Source: Eledone cirrhosa (lineage: Eukaryota). From it: 64,000 nucleotides of DNA. The notes beneath the pieces are model-generated. The model did not search any database and was not told the DNA's origin. It saw only the letters and a program-made list of their open reading frames with translations. A program made the translations under genes and the position numbers. The stretch covers positions 66,340,001-66,404,000 of the forward strand of contig OZ024742.1 of the NCBI GenBank assembly GCA_964016885.1, read 5' to 3'. Positions 12,929 through 27,690 of this stretch are shown here, piece after piece; position 1 is the stretch's first letter, and the number at the start of each line of letters is the position of its first letter.

Positions 12929-13602
12929 TGGCGGGGGGGGGGGGTATATGTGTGTGTGGGAGGGGGGGAGGGTCTATGTGTGTGTATGTGTGTGTGTGTC
13001 TGTGTATAACAAAGGAAATTATTTTGTTGTATTATTTGAAGAGTTAGCTGTGGTTTGGTAGTTTTGTTCACGTTGGCGTGGCAGATGTTGTAATAGTAAT
13101 GTTGTTGTCTTGATGGGCGATTCCGTGAATTTCTTTTTCCTATATAAGTGCTGCGAGAAATTGTGTGACTCATGGAAAATGAATTGAGTGTGTGTACCTC
13201 AGTTAGGTGAGATGTCTGGCTGTATTCGTTGCCGTAGTGAGTAGGTGAAAGTTAATCCGCCATTAGCAATAACCGGTGAACAATAAAAAGGCATCACTAC
13301 CTTAACAATCTTTATTATGAAAAAATTACGTCGAAGCTATTGACAACACAGGAAAATAACAAGGAATCAAGTGAATGCAGTAGTAGTGCTAATCTTATCG
13401 AGTGGGCTAGAGTTTTTTGGTGAAACTCTACATATCTCTGCTTGATGAGGCAAAGTTATGTAATGTGTCTCTTTTGTGAGACGAGAACAGAGTGGCTTGA
13501 AGAAAGTGTTATCATTGATAAACCGTAAATGACACTAGTGGGATTCTGATATCAGCACGAGAGTTCAAATTACGCACAGACACAAACATACACGCACACG
13601 CA

Positions 13603-13748
<146 letters not shown>

Positions 13749-14034
13749 ACACAAACACACACACATATATATATATATATTATCTACGATTAAAATTCGT
13801 CACGGATATACATAACATCTCAATGAAAAGATATCTTTAAGACACCCTATTCAGAGATTTTATATATCCCAAGGCAACGATATTCTATCGATCCGTTGGT
13901 GATATGTATAAACTGTTCTATCTCCCACCCACTCTCTCTCTCTCTCTCTCGCTCTCTCTCCCTCTCTCTCTCTATATATATATGTACATACACACACACA
14001 TATATATATATATACATACACACACACACATATG

Positions 14035-14112
<78 letters not shown>

Positions 14113-14547
14113 TATAGATATATGTGTCAGTGTGTGTGTTACCTGTTATGTGTGTTGGGATGAAGGCGGTGTAAGATGCCTATGCGTATGTAAGTGTGTT
14201 TGAGATTGCAAATGCCTGATGTATGGAAAAACTCTGCACTCTTTAGCGCGTCATAACTCCATCCGCCGCCTTACTCCCTTTCAGTTTATATTCTGACACA
14301 TACACGGAAACATAAACACACAAACACATATGTGCCATTTTTAGAGATATGGTAGTAGGAAAACAAGTGATTTCATTGGAAGTTAATGACGTCAGGGAAC
14401 ATCAGATTGTTTTCTTGTGAGAGTTTATCCAACTGGGTAGATAGATATTTTGTTGCTGTCTTTATAAGTATACTAGATAGATACATACCTAAATTGAAAG
14501 AATACATACACATTACTAGAATGAGCTAGATAAATAGAGAGCGAGAG

Positions 14548-14637
<90 letters not shown>

Positions 14638-15299
14638 GATTGAAAGAGAGAGATTTTCCATTTATATATAAACATGCACCTGTTTATCTGACGCTTATAT
14701 ATCGAAATTTCGTAATAGCAAAGCTATGCTTTTTATCTCGTTTATTTATTTATTTATTTATTTATTCATTTATTTATTTATTTATTTCACATTACAACTG
14801 TTCAATTATTTGTCTACTTATCAATCTCCTTATCTTTTGTCTTATATATCTTCCTGTATATGCGTTCTCTACTTTATGTGTGTCGTTCTATCGATTTACA
14901 TGTAAAGTTTGTCAATACATTTAAAAATGTTTCTCTCTCGCTAAAAATATCTATATGTCTATCTTTTATACCTCAATATTGATCTGCGCTAGTCTTAAGG
15001 ATATTATGAGCCATAAAATACGTCCATTTATCTACTTAGCTGTGTTGTCTGTTGAAAGGTGGCCAGTCTTACCTATATTTCCAGATGAAAGGGTTTATTG
15101 GCTTAAAACAATATCCAATGAGTCTTAATAAGTTATTAGGTCTTTTCTTCATATCTCCATTTATTTTCATTTTTTGTTTCTGTTTAACTTTCAGCCTGTT
15201 TCCATCTTGTCATCTTTTTAATAATGGTTTCTTGTAAACGTATAATATATGCACACACATACATTCATATATGTATATACGCTCTCTTAATTTTAGTGT

Positions 15300-17480
15300 T
15301 TATTTTTGGCCGGCCACATTCCCGTTGGCAAGGTTGTGAAGAAAACGAAATTAGCCTCGTCTCTCGTGTGAGCATATCTCCTTTGACTAGTAAGAATATT
15401 TTACAGATTTTGAAGGATCCAGATATAGCGGGTCATCATTCTAGTTATCACATCATGTCTCGTGTGAAGGTAATGAAAAGACATTCTTGTTGTCACCGAA
15501 GTGTAGGGGATGTATCGCCAAGCCTTTCATTTTTTAGGATTGGCCAAGAGAGCACAAATGTTCTACGTTTTATTGTCAAAAGTGAACATTTGGAGTCACT
15601 AAATTTCATTTCAATATCTGAAGAAAATTTGGTAAAATCATATGGTTGATATTTAGCCCATATGTTTCAGGTCCTAGACAGAGAAAAGATGGGAGTTACC
15701 TCTGAATATATTTTTATGATCTCTATACTTTTGTGAACACGAAGAGCAGCACAGACAAGCTATCAACCTGTAAGTTGCCTTCCTGATAGTGAATGCTATA
15801 AGAGAGAATTTCCCCTTATTACCTCTAAGGGACAAAGTGGTGCACCAAGTCTTGGTCAGGCGTTTGATAGCAGCTAGCAGCGGTTGTGGGATTTTGGCTA
15901 AGTGTAAAGCCTTCATACTCCACCCATGTGGTATATTATCTAACTCCTTCTCGTAGTCCAGCCACACTACTATCATGTTGCTGCGATTCTTCAGTTTCTT
16001 CCTGGATAATTATGTTAATTAGTAGCTACCCCATAAAGCCACACACCTCCTTTCCTCAAGTTTTCTCAAGTATTATGCTGTTGGTAGGACAATGAACCTG
16101 AGACAACAGAATGGCTCACTCTCTGTATAATATATACATGGTAATGTTAGCAAGGGTGGATTGGCCATTATGGGGGCTGATGAAAGAAGTGGCAGTGAAT
16201 AGCCATTTGGGCAGTTCTTATGAGCCCATGACACTTTCTCCACACAAACGTATGAGGTCCCGCCAATAAAATCTGACATTTGGCAGCCAGTAAGCGGTTA
16301 TGAGAGCTTGGATTGGGAATTTCCTGTTTGACATGTTTCCAGGATTGTGCCATCATTCCTATCGTTTTTGCTGGCAGTAGCCCTGCTCTAGTTCTTTTAG
16401 TCATACAACTTATTGGTTGAACTCATCATTTGTTTCCTATTCAGATCTCCAATAGGTCCCAGCCTGGTATTTTGTAGAGATGTCTTTTACTGTGATTGAG
16501 TGTTTCACGGTGTGGCTTCGATAGACTGACTTTGGGTTACAGGCAAATAACAATCTATTCAGCATTTGCCGTTTGTATGCTGTAGATTTACATTTTAGAT
16601 TTTCAGTTATGGCTATTATTTGTTTCAGCTCGTACAGTTTGGCGTTCAGGGCTTTAAATCCTATAGCACCAAATCACCTCTCTAGATTTTTTTTTAGTTT
16701 TTCTCTGTATTACATTTCATAACTACAATGATTTGTGTGATATTCCTTCCCAAGAAGTTATGTATCCAAGCTAGTTCAGTCTCTTTGCCTGTGTCTTAAA
16801 TGTGTATCTTCATCTTTATACGTTAGCTCAGCAATATCATAGCTGAAACATATATATAAACGGTAGTAAGCTTCCAACGCTGTTTGCATGCATATAGACT
16901 GTGTGGTCTTCAGATAATTGTCTGCTATTTCGTATACTGCCTCCGATTCTAATGTAGTGTGATCTTTACGAGTACTAGTGTTGTATGACTTGTTACCCAA
17001 ATTAAGTTTGTAGACATGGTGAAACATAATCCCAGGTCACTTGTAAGACATCCAGAAGATTAAATTATTGTTCGATTTGTTTATTTTAGGTGAGTCGTCC
17101 ATGTGTTGTTATTTACTGCTTCATTTTGCTGATCGCTCTGTCTGTCAATTAGTAGAAGTGGGATGATTATTTTCAACGGCAAGCTTTTTAATAACCGCCT
17201 GCTTCGAATCAGAGAATCCCGTTAAATTTCTCAATCTACATCTAATTATTTGTTTTACTTGAGGGTTTAAATGTTTTGTGAGAAAGTCTAATTCTGGGTG
17301 TTTCAAATTCCCCAAATATTTTAGCTTTTGCATAAAACACTTTATGGTCAGATTGTACTGATTCACCAAGTAGATTTTTGGTGAGATTGTAGCTCGTTGA
17401 CGTGCTTCTGTGCAACTCACGCCCACTATAAAGATATTCATGCAGTTAAACTTGATAGGCCCTTGAATGGATAACATACA
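15300..17480 (-). pseudogene. Highly degenerate R4-clade LINE remnant
   Basis: MIVVWLDYEKELDNIPHGWSMKALHLAKIP (RT motif, compare LDYRKAFDSVPHSW at ~10490); scattered N-terminal-like fragments up to ~17480. Boundaries approximate. Confidence 0.6.
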
Positions 17481-17849
17481 ATTATGGGGACAGCTCTAAT
17501 ACCTACAGACCTAGCAAGCTGGGAGTACAAAGTAGCAAATTCACACATAGACGACTTAAGCAGCCTTTTCCTGGGGCAGCTCTGCTCTGCTGCTAGTCGA
17601 AAGGGACGTATAAACGTTTTTTTCTAAACAAGGCTTGCCCATATCTAAGCTGACCAGGCTTGTGGCTATTCAGTTACGCGAGCAAATGATTTGTAATGAA
17701 ATTATCAATAAGACAAATAGTGTACAGAATACAGCATCTTCAATGACATCTTTGAAATTGTGTCTCGAAACGTACACAAGTTATTTGATTTATTAGGCTC
17801 AAATCCTGAATGTCAAATTGTAAAGAGTTCCATCGGAATCAACGTAATA

Positions 17850-18350
17850 ATGCTGCTCTCTCGGAAACACAGTTGCCTGTACATGGCCAGCTTAGGGAAA
17901 CGAAGTCCGGTTACACTCTATTCTGCAAATGTCAGCCAAAAAACGAGCGTTGTTAAGTGGCATTGATCTTAATTTAACAAACTACCTGGTGCAGCATTCG
18001 ACGGACATTCAGCTTGGTATATTCCGTAGATCTGAGAATAGAGTTGAAACATGTATGTGACGATGCCAATCTTATAGTGCTGGTTGATTTGAATTCTCAT
18101 GTCGGATGTGACTCTACTACATGGAGCAGCAAACGTCTTCATGGAATGGTGGAAAACACATGGTTCAGACAGAAGAACTAGTACAAGGGGTCCCCGATGG
18201 ACTTACGTTCATGTTAATCCCATATTATTGACTATATGATTGGAAGACAAAGATTTGTGGGATGTCAGATCTATCCGTTGTATGAGAGAGACAATGTAAT
18301 TGACGGACCCCCGAATCCTAACAGTAACTCTCCGTGTTCGCGTTCGCAAG
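17850..18350 (+). pseudogene. AP-endonuclease remnant of an RTE-like LINE
   Basis: LIVLVDLNSHVG (GDFNA-like) at ~18070 and HIIDYMIG...TD at ~18220-18310. Confidence 0.55.
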
Positions 18351-18599
18351 ATGAATTGGAGTCACCAATAATGATGATACATGTCTGACTTTCATCAAAT
18401 GGTTTATGGAATTAGCAGCTACAAATTTGTGTTATGCAGTGAAAAAGCATCAGGACAGGCTTACTGCGAATGCACCACTAGGGAAAAGAAAGCATGCCCG
18501 AAGACTTTTAAGTGAATTTCGAGCAGCAAAATATTCATGGTAGCTCAATAAAGCGCATCACATACTATCCTCGACAGAAAGGTGGGTTGTTTGTCGTGT

Positions 18600-19810
18600 T
18601 ATATAGCATATCCGTTCTACCATCTTGAAGTAAAACTTGTTTATAGGCTCTATAATTTGCGTATGTTTTGTACACGCAGCTCGGGCACCGTTCGGAGAGA
18701 TTGTTCAGGGTGTGACCCTTGGCAAATACTATCTCATAGCTTTCTTTATATATAAACCAAAATCCCCCCTGCCCGTCTGCGTATGAGCAGTCCTTCTGGA
18801 GTTTATTTCATTTGAGGATGTTCGGGATGGAGATCTTCTTGAGTACAGTTTGGTCCGGTTTATTCAGTCCTCTATAGTAGTTGTGGATGTACCACCGTGT
18901 CTTAAAACTATTGTCATTGATGCTGACGTATGTTTTTTGTTGTTGTTGCTCTAACCTGATAAGACATCGTATTTCTTTTCCAGATGGCAGGTATCTATGT
19001 TTGGGCAATTGCACAGTATCTCATTACAAGCGTGGGCTTCGGAAGTTGTTGTCATATTCAGTTTAGAGATTTTTAAGTTGGCTATGTTCCTAGGTAGATT
19101 AAATATTCTTGGATAGGGATGTCTAATATTGTTCTTGTTAAAGATAGTATAGTAATCTTCTTGTGTGGGGAAGTGTTTCTTAATAATTTAAAGAAGAAAC
19201 TTTCTAATTGTGTAGACACCACTCTGTTGGGGTTGGTTGTACCAACTAATCCACTGGGCCTATTTCTGTAAAGGTGTCTGGGTTTGCTGTCTATCTAGGT
19301 AATCGTTTTAAAGCCATTGCTGGCTAGGGCCTCATTGTAATAGATGACAGATGCTATAAAGTTGTCTACATTGGATGGATCAAAGACTCGGTATTCCAAG
19401 GGACAGACTTGCAAAACTAGATCATTTGTTATGTTTTGGGGGTTGTATTTAACTTTAATGTATGCAAGACATTCGTTACCTTTGTGGTAGAGGTAGTAGC
19501 GGGAAGCTGCTAAATCTAAAGATCGTCACCGCAGTCTAGCCATCCGGTAATCCCAGGGAAATGTTTCATTTTCCGTAGGATGCACAGACCCATAAGGTCA
19601 CTTGTTTGCGCTGAGTCTCTCGCTCCCATGCTTATAACGAATGGAGTATTCGATGTTTTGTTAATACAATACGATCCTTCGTTGTATAAGATGGCTTTTC
19701 GTGCATAGATTATCACATTACACTCCTCGTCAGAGATTTGGCTAGTGTCCTGGTGTAGACTTGTGCATCCTTAGGCAGGAATTCAGTGATGGAAGCGTAA
19801 TAATCATATA
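18600..19810 (-). pseudogene. Naiad-like Penelope retroelement remnant (RT + GIY-YIG)
   Basis: PFVISMGARDSAQTSDLMG...GWLDCGDDL (FDVTMGSxDGAE/GLYRDDG-like), HFPTQEDYYTIFNKNN, KTYVSINDNSFKTRWYIH. Confidence 0.7.
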
Positions 19811-20617
19811 TTTGGGTAGCGATACTATGAAAATGCTCAATTAGGATGATGATAAACATTGAAGAAAATTGAGGATGCTATTTCATAAGCATTGTCCCCT
19901 TGAATCATTATCTCCAAATAAAAATACACACCAATTACCTCTCGCATCCCAAATAAAATTATTCCTACGGATTTAGAAACTATCAGGCCCACAAAAAATA
20001 TAATTCGATCATCATAAATTCAGAGCAAATAAAATAAAACATTTAAACAGAAATATATTTAGTTTATTAAACTTGTCGAGATAATAATAAAAAATATATA
20101 AATATGAATTATAATAACAAAATATAAAAGTAGAAAATAAAAATAAGAAAACGCAGAATATTTTGGCAAAATATCAATAAAATGTGAATGTTTGTCGCAA
20201 TCAAACGTTAGCACACATCACTTAATTGCGTGATTCTACGTTGTTGATGGAAGATGTTAAGTGACTTTGTAAAGGTTGAATTAGTTCCAATTTGGTGGTA
20301 CTTAAAAATATCTGTATATTATCTCTCCAAGTTTGGATCTAAGGAGCTAAATTTAGGTAAAAAGCGGAGAAAAATAATATTGAAATTCTTTCCTTCATTA
20401 AAAGATAACGTATGTACATATGTGTGTTTGAATATATATTCGAGAGTGTGTGTCTGTGTTATAAACATGAATACGTTATAAACATGCATACGTACCCAAA
20501 ATAATAGTAATGTAAGACGTATGTATACGTACAAATATGTATAGGAAAATGCAAGTCATTACAAATTCGAAAATGAAGGGCACATCCATACAGACACACA
20601 CACACACACACACACAT

Positions 20618-20702
<85 letters not shown>

Positions 20703-20899
20703 TGTATATGTAGTTATACAACAGTCACATATACAGGTACTTAAGTTTCGTTAGGTTCTGCGCCCCAATTTATTCATCCTGTCATAAGAATAATGAAGAT
20801 GACCCCCGAATGTTGAATTTGGTTTACTTTCAGAAGTTGAAAGGATGGCAGGTAATTTCTAAAATAGTTGTAAGTAGCTATGAGCAAAAATAATAGGTA

Positions 20900-21669
20900 A
20901 GATCAGAACAGACATGGTTGTCTTTTTACAGTCATAAGTCCCTCTCGTATTCGGCGTATTGGTTCGGCAGAGGCCGGTCTGCTTGACCGATGTATATGGA
21001 CCCGCAATGGGAACACCGGCGGGCATAGACGACGTTTGTAGAAGTGCAGGTGAAAGAGTGGCAAATGCAAAAAGAATGGTTCGTAGCAATGAAGATGGTG
21101 AGGTTTGTTATATAGACAGTTGTCAAGGTATCACCACGGATCCTGAACAGGGATGGGATCCCATTGGACTTCTAGGGGAGGGAGAGTAGAAACTGTGCAG
21201 CAAAGGACATGGAGACTATGGGCGCGTTTAAAGGTGTTAATGGGTGTGTTAGGAAATAAGTGAGAAGTGACGAGTGTCTGAAGCAAAGAAGGATACGTTG
21301 CCGCACTAGTAGGTTAGAATAGTAGTAGGTGAGGACGAAAGAGGAGGGTGTTGTATGGAGGTGGTTCGTTTCTCGAGCTTGGGTAAGGACAGCGTGTATC
21401 AAGGTGGGAGATTATCCGTCCTGGATTAAACGAGAAGCCATGCTTTTAGACTGACTCTCGAAGTCATGGTCCTGGTTGCTGAGCCAACGAAGACGGAAGA
21501 ATTGGAAGTAGAATATGGAAAAATTGGTGTGGGATGAGATAAAGGTAGAAGTTGGATTGTATCAGATAAAGGTAGCGGGGTGGGGTAAGTGTGGTCGATA
21601 GAGACAGAGAGAGAGAGAGGGATATATATATATATATATATAAATAGAGAGAGAGAGAGAGAGAGAGAT

Positions 21670-21755
<86 letters not shown>

Positions 21756-22570
21756 AGATGTTGAGAAATTAGACGCGAGAATCGGAGATTGTGGTTGTGA
21801 ATGGCTTAAACGACTTGACGAAGGAAAGAAAGGGCTTGGGCTGTTCACGGCAAAGACACATAGCACCGATACAATCGTCGAGATAATGACCATATAACTC
21901 AGGAGTGGGTCGAGTGCACTGGGAGAAGATCTGGGTCTCAACGTATCCAACGTACAAGCTGGCGTAGTTTGCGCTCATTTTCTTTCCCACGGCTACCCGA
22001 GATACTTGCTGGTATAACTCATTGAGGCTTGAACGAGCTCAGCAATGCGAAGAACATTGGACGTAAGGTATAGGGCGTAATTTCAAATTACGATTTAGAG
22101 AGGGGAGATTCCAGTTGAAAAGAAACGGCGATAAGGGCCATAAGATTAAGAGAAGGGGATTAACAGTCGAAGCGCATGATTAGTGTCGTGGGTGGTAGAT
22201 GGGGGGATGGGGGAGGTCAGTAATGATGTGGGGAATAAGCGTGTCAAATTATTTAGAGATAATTTCAGTATAACAGTTGCAAGGGGAATCGATAGGTCGA
22301 CCGGGATAAAGCTAATGTATGTTTGTAAAGTAGATGGTGGGAGTAGTTTCTATAAGATTTGTGATGGGAGGTTACGAGATAGAGGGCGAGGAGTAGGGGA
22401 ATGATGGGGAAAATGACCTCATAATAGCCTAGAACGCGGTCAGAGGAAAAAAGGGCAGCAAAACCGGGTGTTCGGAAGCTGGCGGAGGACCTCAGTCCTG
22501 TAGAGGTCAGTGCGTCACACCACCATGGGAGGAGCGCTATCGGTGGGCTTAAGGATAAAGTTATAGCGAT
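20900..22570 (-). pseudogene. Neptune-like Penelope remnant (RT + GIY-YIG) interrupted by a microsatellite at ~21600-21760
   Basis: QVSRVAVGKKMSANYASLYVGYVE...HYLDDCIG (RT) and FTCTSTNVVYARRCSHCGSIYIGQADR (GIY-YIG). Confidence 0.85.
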
Positions 22571-22594
22571 GCCGTATGTTTATGTGTATATGTA

Positions 22595-22651
<57 letters not shown>

Positions 22652-22676
22652 GTATATGTATATTAATATATATATT

Positions 22677-22785
<109 letters not shown>

Positions 22786-23398
22786 TAATATATATATGTA
22801 TGTATATATATATATATATATATTAGTTTAGCGAGGTTTTTTATATGAAATCGTGTGTCGAAACAGATATTGTTATATTTGGGAAGGGTCATATTTGCGT
22901 AATATTGCCAGAATTAATAACAGAACACACTCACTGTTTGGTTGGTTTTCGCTTCTCGCTGTCTTTTATATCTGCGATCTAACTTACTCGGTCCTCAGTG
23001 TTGCCATTGACTGACCGGCGGTCAAAAATAATACAGATACAATATAGACACAAACACATATATATAGTTTACATAATTTACATAAATCTTTCGTTGCACA
23101 TCTGCAACATCGTCAGTGGTGTTATATTCATTGTTCCTCCTGTTGTGTTGTATGTCTACGCCATTTTTTTATTCAGTCTGTCTATATATTTATTTATTTA
23201 TTTGCTTGTTTGTTTATCTTATTTTATATTGTCTTCTTTGCGCATGCGTTTGCGTGTGTGTATAGTGTTATGTGTGATGTGTAACTAGTGTGTATAGTGT
23301 TGTGTCTGCTGGGTGACTAGTGTGTGTTTATGTGCTTGTTGTTATTGTGCTTGTGTATGTATTTATTTATCTTATTTTATTTTATTTTATTTACTTAT

Positions 23399-24739
23399 TT
23401 ATACTTCTCTTAGGTCAGTGTTGTTTGTTTGGGTGTTGTTGTTGTTCCACTCATTCTTTCTGTTTAGCTTTGGTCTTCTAATTACTATTTCACTGGCCTC
23501 TCTGATTTGCCTATCTGCTGGGTCATTCCTATGTTTAGATATTATTCTAATTTCTATGTTGTCTATGTTACCGTCATGTTGTTGTCTAGCATGTTCGTAT
23601 AGTACTGACCCGTTTTTTCGTCCTTTTAGTTCCCCCCAGTGTTGGTCTATCCTTTCACCTATGCTACGAGCTGTCTCACCTATGTATGTTGTTGTCATGT
23701 TTCTGCAAGTACCCTCTGTACATCTTATGCTATAGACTAGGTTTCTAGTTTTACAGTTTATCCGGGGGTTCACCTTACATATGATACATTTCCTATTGGT
23801 ACAGTGGGTTTTCTTAAAAGGGTAGGTTTTGCTGATCAGGGATTTTATGGTGGTTCCTGGCTTTTCTACCACCTTTATTTTTAAGTGGGTCTTTCTCAGG
23901 GCCTTTCTACACTGGTTAGCTAATTTCCCTCCAGGGGTGGCGTCCACAAACATGACACTCTGATATCTCTGGTTGTTGTACCATGATGTGGCCTTCCCTA
24001 TCTTATGTCTAGCCCTATCTAAGCTATTCCATGATTTGCTCCTGTATAGTGGGCAAATTCCTTTCATGTCCAGTTCTATGAGGGTCTTATACTTTTCCAT
24101 GGCTCCTTCGTATACTCTGACTCTGTCTCTTTGGTTATAGCCAGAGAACTGCATGCGGTTGATGAAGTGTTGGATGTGTCCTTCCATTTCTGTTGGGTCG
24201 CACATGCTGGACACATTCTTCATCACTCGTACCAAATCTGCGATCAGAATATTAAACTTAGCACTACTGGACATTGCTGAGTGTTTGAGTATCAGGTATT
24301 TGGAGGCCATGGGTTTAGCATAGTGTGAGTGGAGAATTTGGGCTCTCTCGTCTATAGTGTTAATCCAGAGTTCTGTGTCTAATACAAGTAGTCTATTGTT
24401 AGGGTGTTTGGAAGGGAAGTCGATAGTTACAGTTATACTCTGGTGTATGGAATTAGCTATCTGCTGGATGCTTTCCATCGTGCTACGTTCTAAATAAAAC
24501 TTGTTAGTGCTCTCTAGTGGGGGTGTTCTTATAACTATATTGATATCGTCTACATAGCAAGAGTACATGATGAGGTCTATGGAGCTTTCATTAAGGAGAT
24601 CTTTAAGTCTCCTTTCCCACCATACCATGAAAAGGTTGGCAACATCACCAGCTATGCTGACGCCGATGGCTGCTCCCTCGTTTTGGGTGTAGATTTTCTC
24701 ATTGAACTTAAATATGTGGTCCTTTAGGGTAGTTTTGAT
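23399..24739 (-). CDS. PLE polyprotein C-terminal part: RT motifs 4-7, thumb, Cys-rich linker, GIY-YIG endonuclease; open frame truncated at the 5' end
   Basis: The frame extends 37 codons upstream of the tracked ATG (IKTTLKDHIFKFNEKIYTQNEGAAIGVSIAGDVANLFM), then YVDD, LDTELW, HYAKPM, SGY, CTNRKCIIC, NLVY..C...C..YIGETAR..ERIDQH, EA, LN. Confidence 0.9.
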   Translation of the reverse strand: MKTTLKDHIFKFNEKIYTQNEGAAIGVSIAGDVANLFMVWWERRLKDLLNESSIDLIMYSCYVDDINIVIRTPPLESTNKFYLERSTMESIQQIANSIHQSITVTIDFPSKHPNNRLLVLDTELWINTIDERAQILHSHYAKPMASKYLILKHSAMSSSAKFNILIADLVRVMKNVSSMCDPTEMEGHIQHFINRMQFSGYNQRDRVRVYEGAMEKYKTLIELDMKGICPLYRSKSWNSLDRARHKIGKATSWYNNQRYQSVMFVDATPGGKLANQCRKALRKTHLKIKVVEKPGTTIKSLISKTYPFKKTHCTNRKCIICKVNPRINCKTRNLVYSIRCTEGTCRNMTTTYIGETARSIGERIDQHWGELKGRKNGSVLYEHARQQHDGNIDNIEIRIISKHRNDPADRQIREASEIVIRRPKLNRKNEWNNNNTQTNNTDLREV

Positions 24740-25100
24740 AAACTGTAAAACTAGAAACGTAGTCTATAGCATAAGATGTACAGAGGGTACTTGCAGAAAC
24801 ATGACAACAACATACATAGGTGAGACAGCTCGTAGCATAGGTGAAAGGATAGACCAACACTGGGGGGAACTAAAAGGACGAAAAAACGGGTCAGTACTAT
24901 ACGAACATGCTAGACAACAACATGACGGTAACATAGACAACATAGAAATTAGAATAATATCTAAACATAGGAATGACCCAGCAGATAGGCAAATCAGAGA
25001 GGCCAGTGAAATAGAAATTAGAAGACCAAAGCTAAACAGAAAGAATGAGTGGAACAACAACAACACCCAAACAAACAACACTGACCTAAGAGAAGTATAA
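24737..25100 (+). pseudogene. Inverted duplicate of the GIY-YIG coding segment
   Basis: INCKTRNVVYSIRC...YIGETARSIGERIDQH; differs from the minus-strand copy by two residues. Confidence 0.85.
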
Positions 25101-25621
25101 ATAAGTAAATAAAATAAAATAAAATAAGATAAATAAATACATACACAAGCACAATAACAACAAGCACATAAACACACACTAGTCACCCAGCAGACACAAC
25201 ACTATACATACTAGTCACACATCACACATAACACTATACACACACGCAAACGCATGCGCAAAGAAGACAAAATAAAATAAGATAAACAAGCAAATAAATA
25301 AATAAATATATAGACAGACTGAATAAAAAAAATGGCGTAGACATACAACACAACAGGAGGAACAATGAATATAACACCACTGACGATGTTGCAGGTGTGC
25401 AACGAAAGATTTATGTAAATTATGTAAACTATATATATGTGTTTGTGTCTATATTGTATCTGTATTATTTTTGACCGCCGGTCAGTCAATGGCAACATTG
25501 AGGACCGAGTAAGTTAGATCGCAGATATAAAAGACAGCGAGAAGCGAAAACCAACCAAACAGTGAGTGTGTTCTGTTATTAATTCTGGCAATATTACGCA
25601 AATATGACCCTCCCCAAATAT

Positions 25622-25755
<134 letters not shown>

Positions 25756-26326
25756 TTTAAATGGAATAGAATGAAACGAAATTTCATTTCTCACTCTTAA
25801 TACGGCACTTACTTAAATGTAAGTATGTATACGTACATACATATATGTATACAGACGTACAGTAGTATGTATATATATACATACATGCACACATATATAT
25901 ATGCACGTATCGGTTTACCGAACATTTATTATAATGCTCGGTTTGTTTGTTTGTGAACAAACAAACAGCCCGAATTACGCCGTACAGGGTTTAGGCAACC
26001 ACGTCACCTTTTTGGTCAACACTGACACAGGAATGATGTACTAGTTTCAAGCTTATTAGCTATCGTCAGCATCGTATATCTTCCTGCCAGATGGTTGAAC
26101 GGCTGAAAGTATATACTTTCCTTATGCATATTAACTCACTCGATATGCAAATTAGGCTGCTCAGCCGTTAATATGCATAAGGAAAGTATATAAACCGAGC
26201 ATTATAATAAATGATCGGTAAACCGATACGTGCATATATATATGTGTGCATGTGTGTATATATATACATACTACTGTACGACTGTATACATATATGTATG
26301 TACGTATACATACATACATGCTTACA
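25756..26326 (-). mobile_element. Non-coding HHR-bearing element, family B, with inverted arms (~25816-25944 / ~26192-26326)
   Basis: Homologous to 49369-49930; flanked by (TA)n; extra internal inverted repeat ~26110-26192. Confidence 0.75.
26035..26073 (-). ncRNA. Minimal type I hammerhead (family B)
   Basis: Minus: GAUG CUGACGA U AGCU AAUA AGCU U GAAAC UA GUA CAUC. Confidence 0.7.
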
Positions 26327-26393
26327 TATATATTTATATATATATACACACACATATATATATATATACACATATATATATATATATACACAC

Positions 26394-26464
<71 letters not shown>

Positions 26465-26698
26465 TGCATATGTGTACACATATATAATGTCACGTCCACA
26501 AATTTCTGCTGATTAGTCTGTTCAATAACAACACTGTAATTCCCTCCAATTATTGCGAATTTTCGCCAACTCTCGCTGCATCGTTGCAATCACTTAACTA
26601 TAGATTGTTTCTTAGAAACATTTCCGTGCTGCCTCTTTTTAATGACAATCAATGCAATGACATGTACTCACACACTCACACTCACACACACACACACA

Positions 26699-26761
<63 letters not shown>

Positions 26762-27599
26762 CGCGGAATTAAAACGATGATGATGATGATATACATATAC
26801 GCACACAAACATAGATATATTTGTGTGATTTTTGTATTCATGCACATGCATGTATACTCGCTCATTAATGCTTTTGTGTATAAAGAAATTGTTAGTGAGT
26901 AAGCGAATGTGGATATATATATATATAAAAAGGTTTTTTGTTTATAGAGAAATTAGGGAATTTCGAATATAGATGTATAAAGAAAGCATGCACGTGAGAT
27001 ACTAAAATAGCGAGAAAAGAAAGGGGGGAGGGGCAAGAGAGGGAATTAGGATTTGATGTAAGTAAAATAGATGTTGGTAAATACAAAGAACGCTTAATTT
27101 GTAAGCGATATACATGAAATAGGTAAAGAGAATTGGTAAAGATATCCAGGTTGTACAATATGTATTAATAAAAAATGCATAAAAACAGACGAATGGCAGA
27201 TCAATGTTAATTAGCATCACGTTTCAATAGTGGGAATCAAAGAATGGGAGGATATAATTTGGAAACGAATGTTTGATCAATGAAAATTCAGATAAAGTTA
27301 AATCTCAAATAACATGAGACAGATATGCATATACTTGATCAATGATTCTCGTATGTTCGGTAATCTGAAAACAAACCAGTTAAACTCTCTAACTAGTGCT
27401 GAAGATGGTAATTTCTTTCCATCCAGGGGAAAGCTCTCTACAATTTCCTTCATAGAACTGAGCCTGAAATGGAAATTGCAATATATATTTCTAACAGGCC
27501 CCAATACACTAGCCCTGGCATTGCCCTGCGACTTGTATTACGTCTGATTGCAAAGAGTTTGAATACAGTTTCTTCCTTGATGAAGTCACCTCAGCCTTA

Positions 27600-27690
27600 G
27601 ATATAATTACGATTGAGTTTTATATCCTGATGGGAGACGTCAATGCACATATTAGCACCAACCACATGACATGGAAAGGAGTGCCTGAAA
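27600..27690 (+). pseudogene. RTE-like AP-endonuclease fragment
   Basis: ILMGDVNAHISTNHMTWKGV; a related fragment lies at ~28540-28600. Confidence 0.5.
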
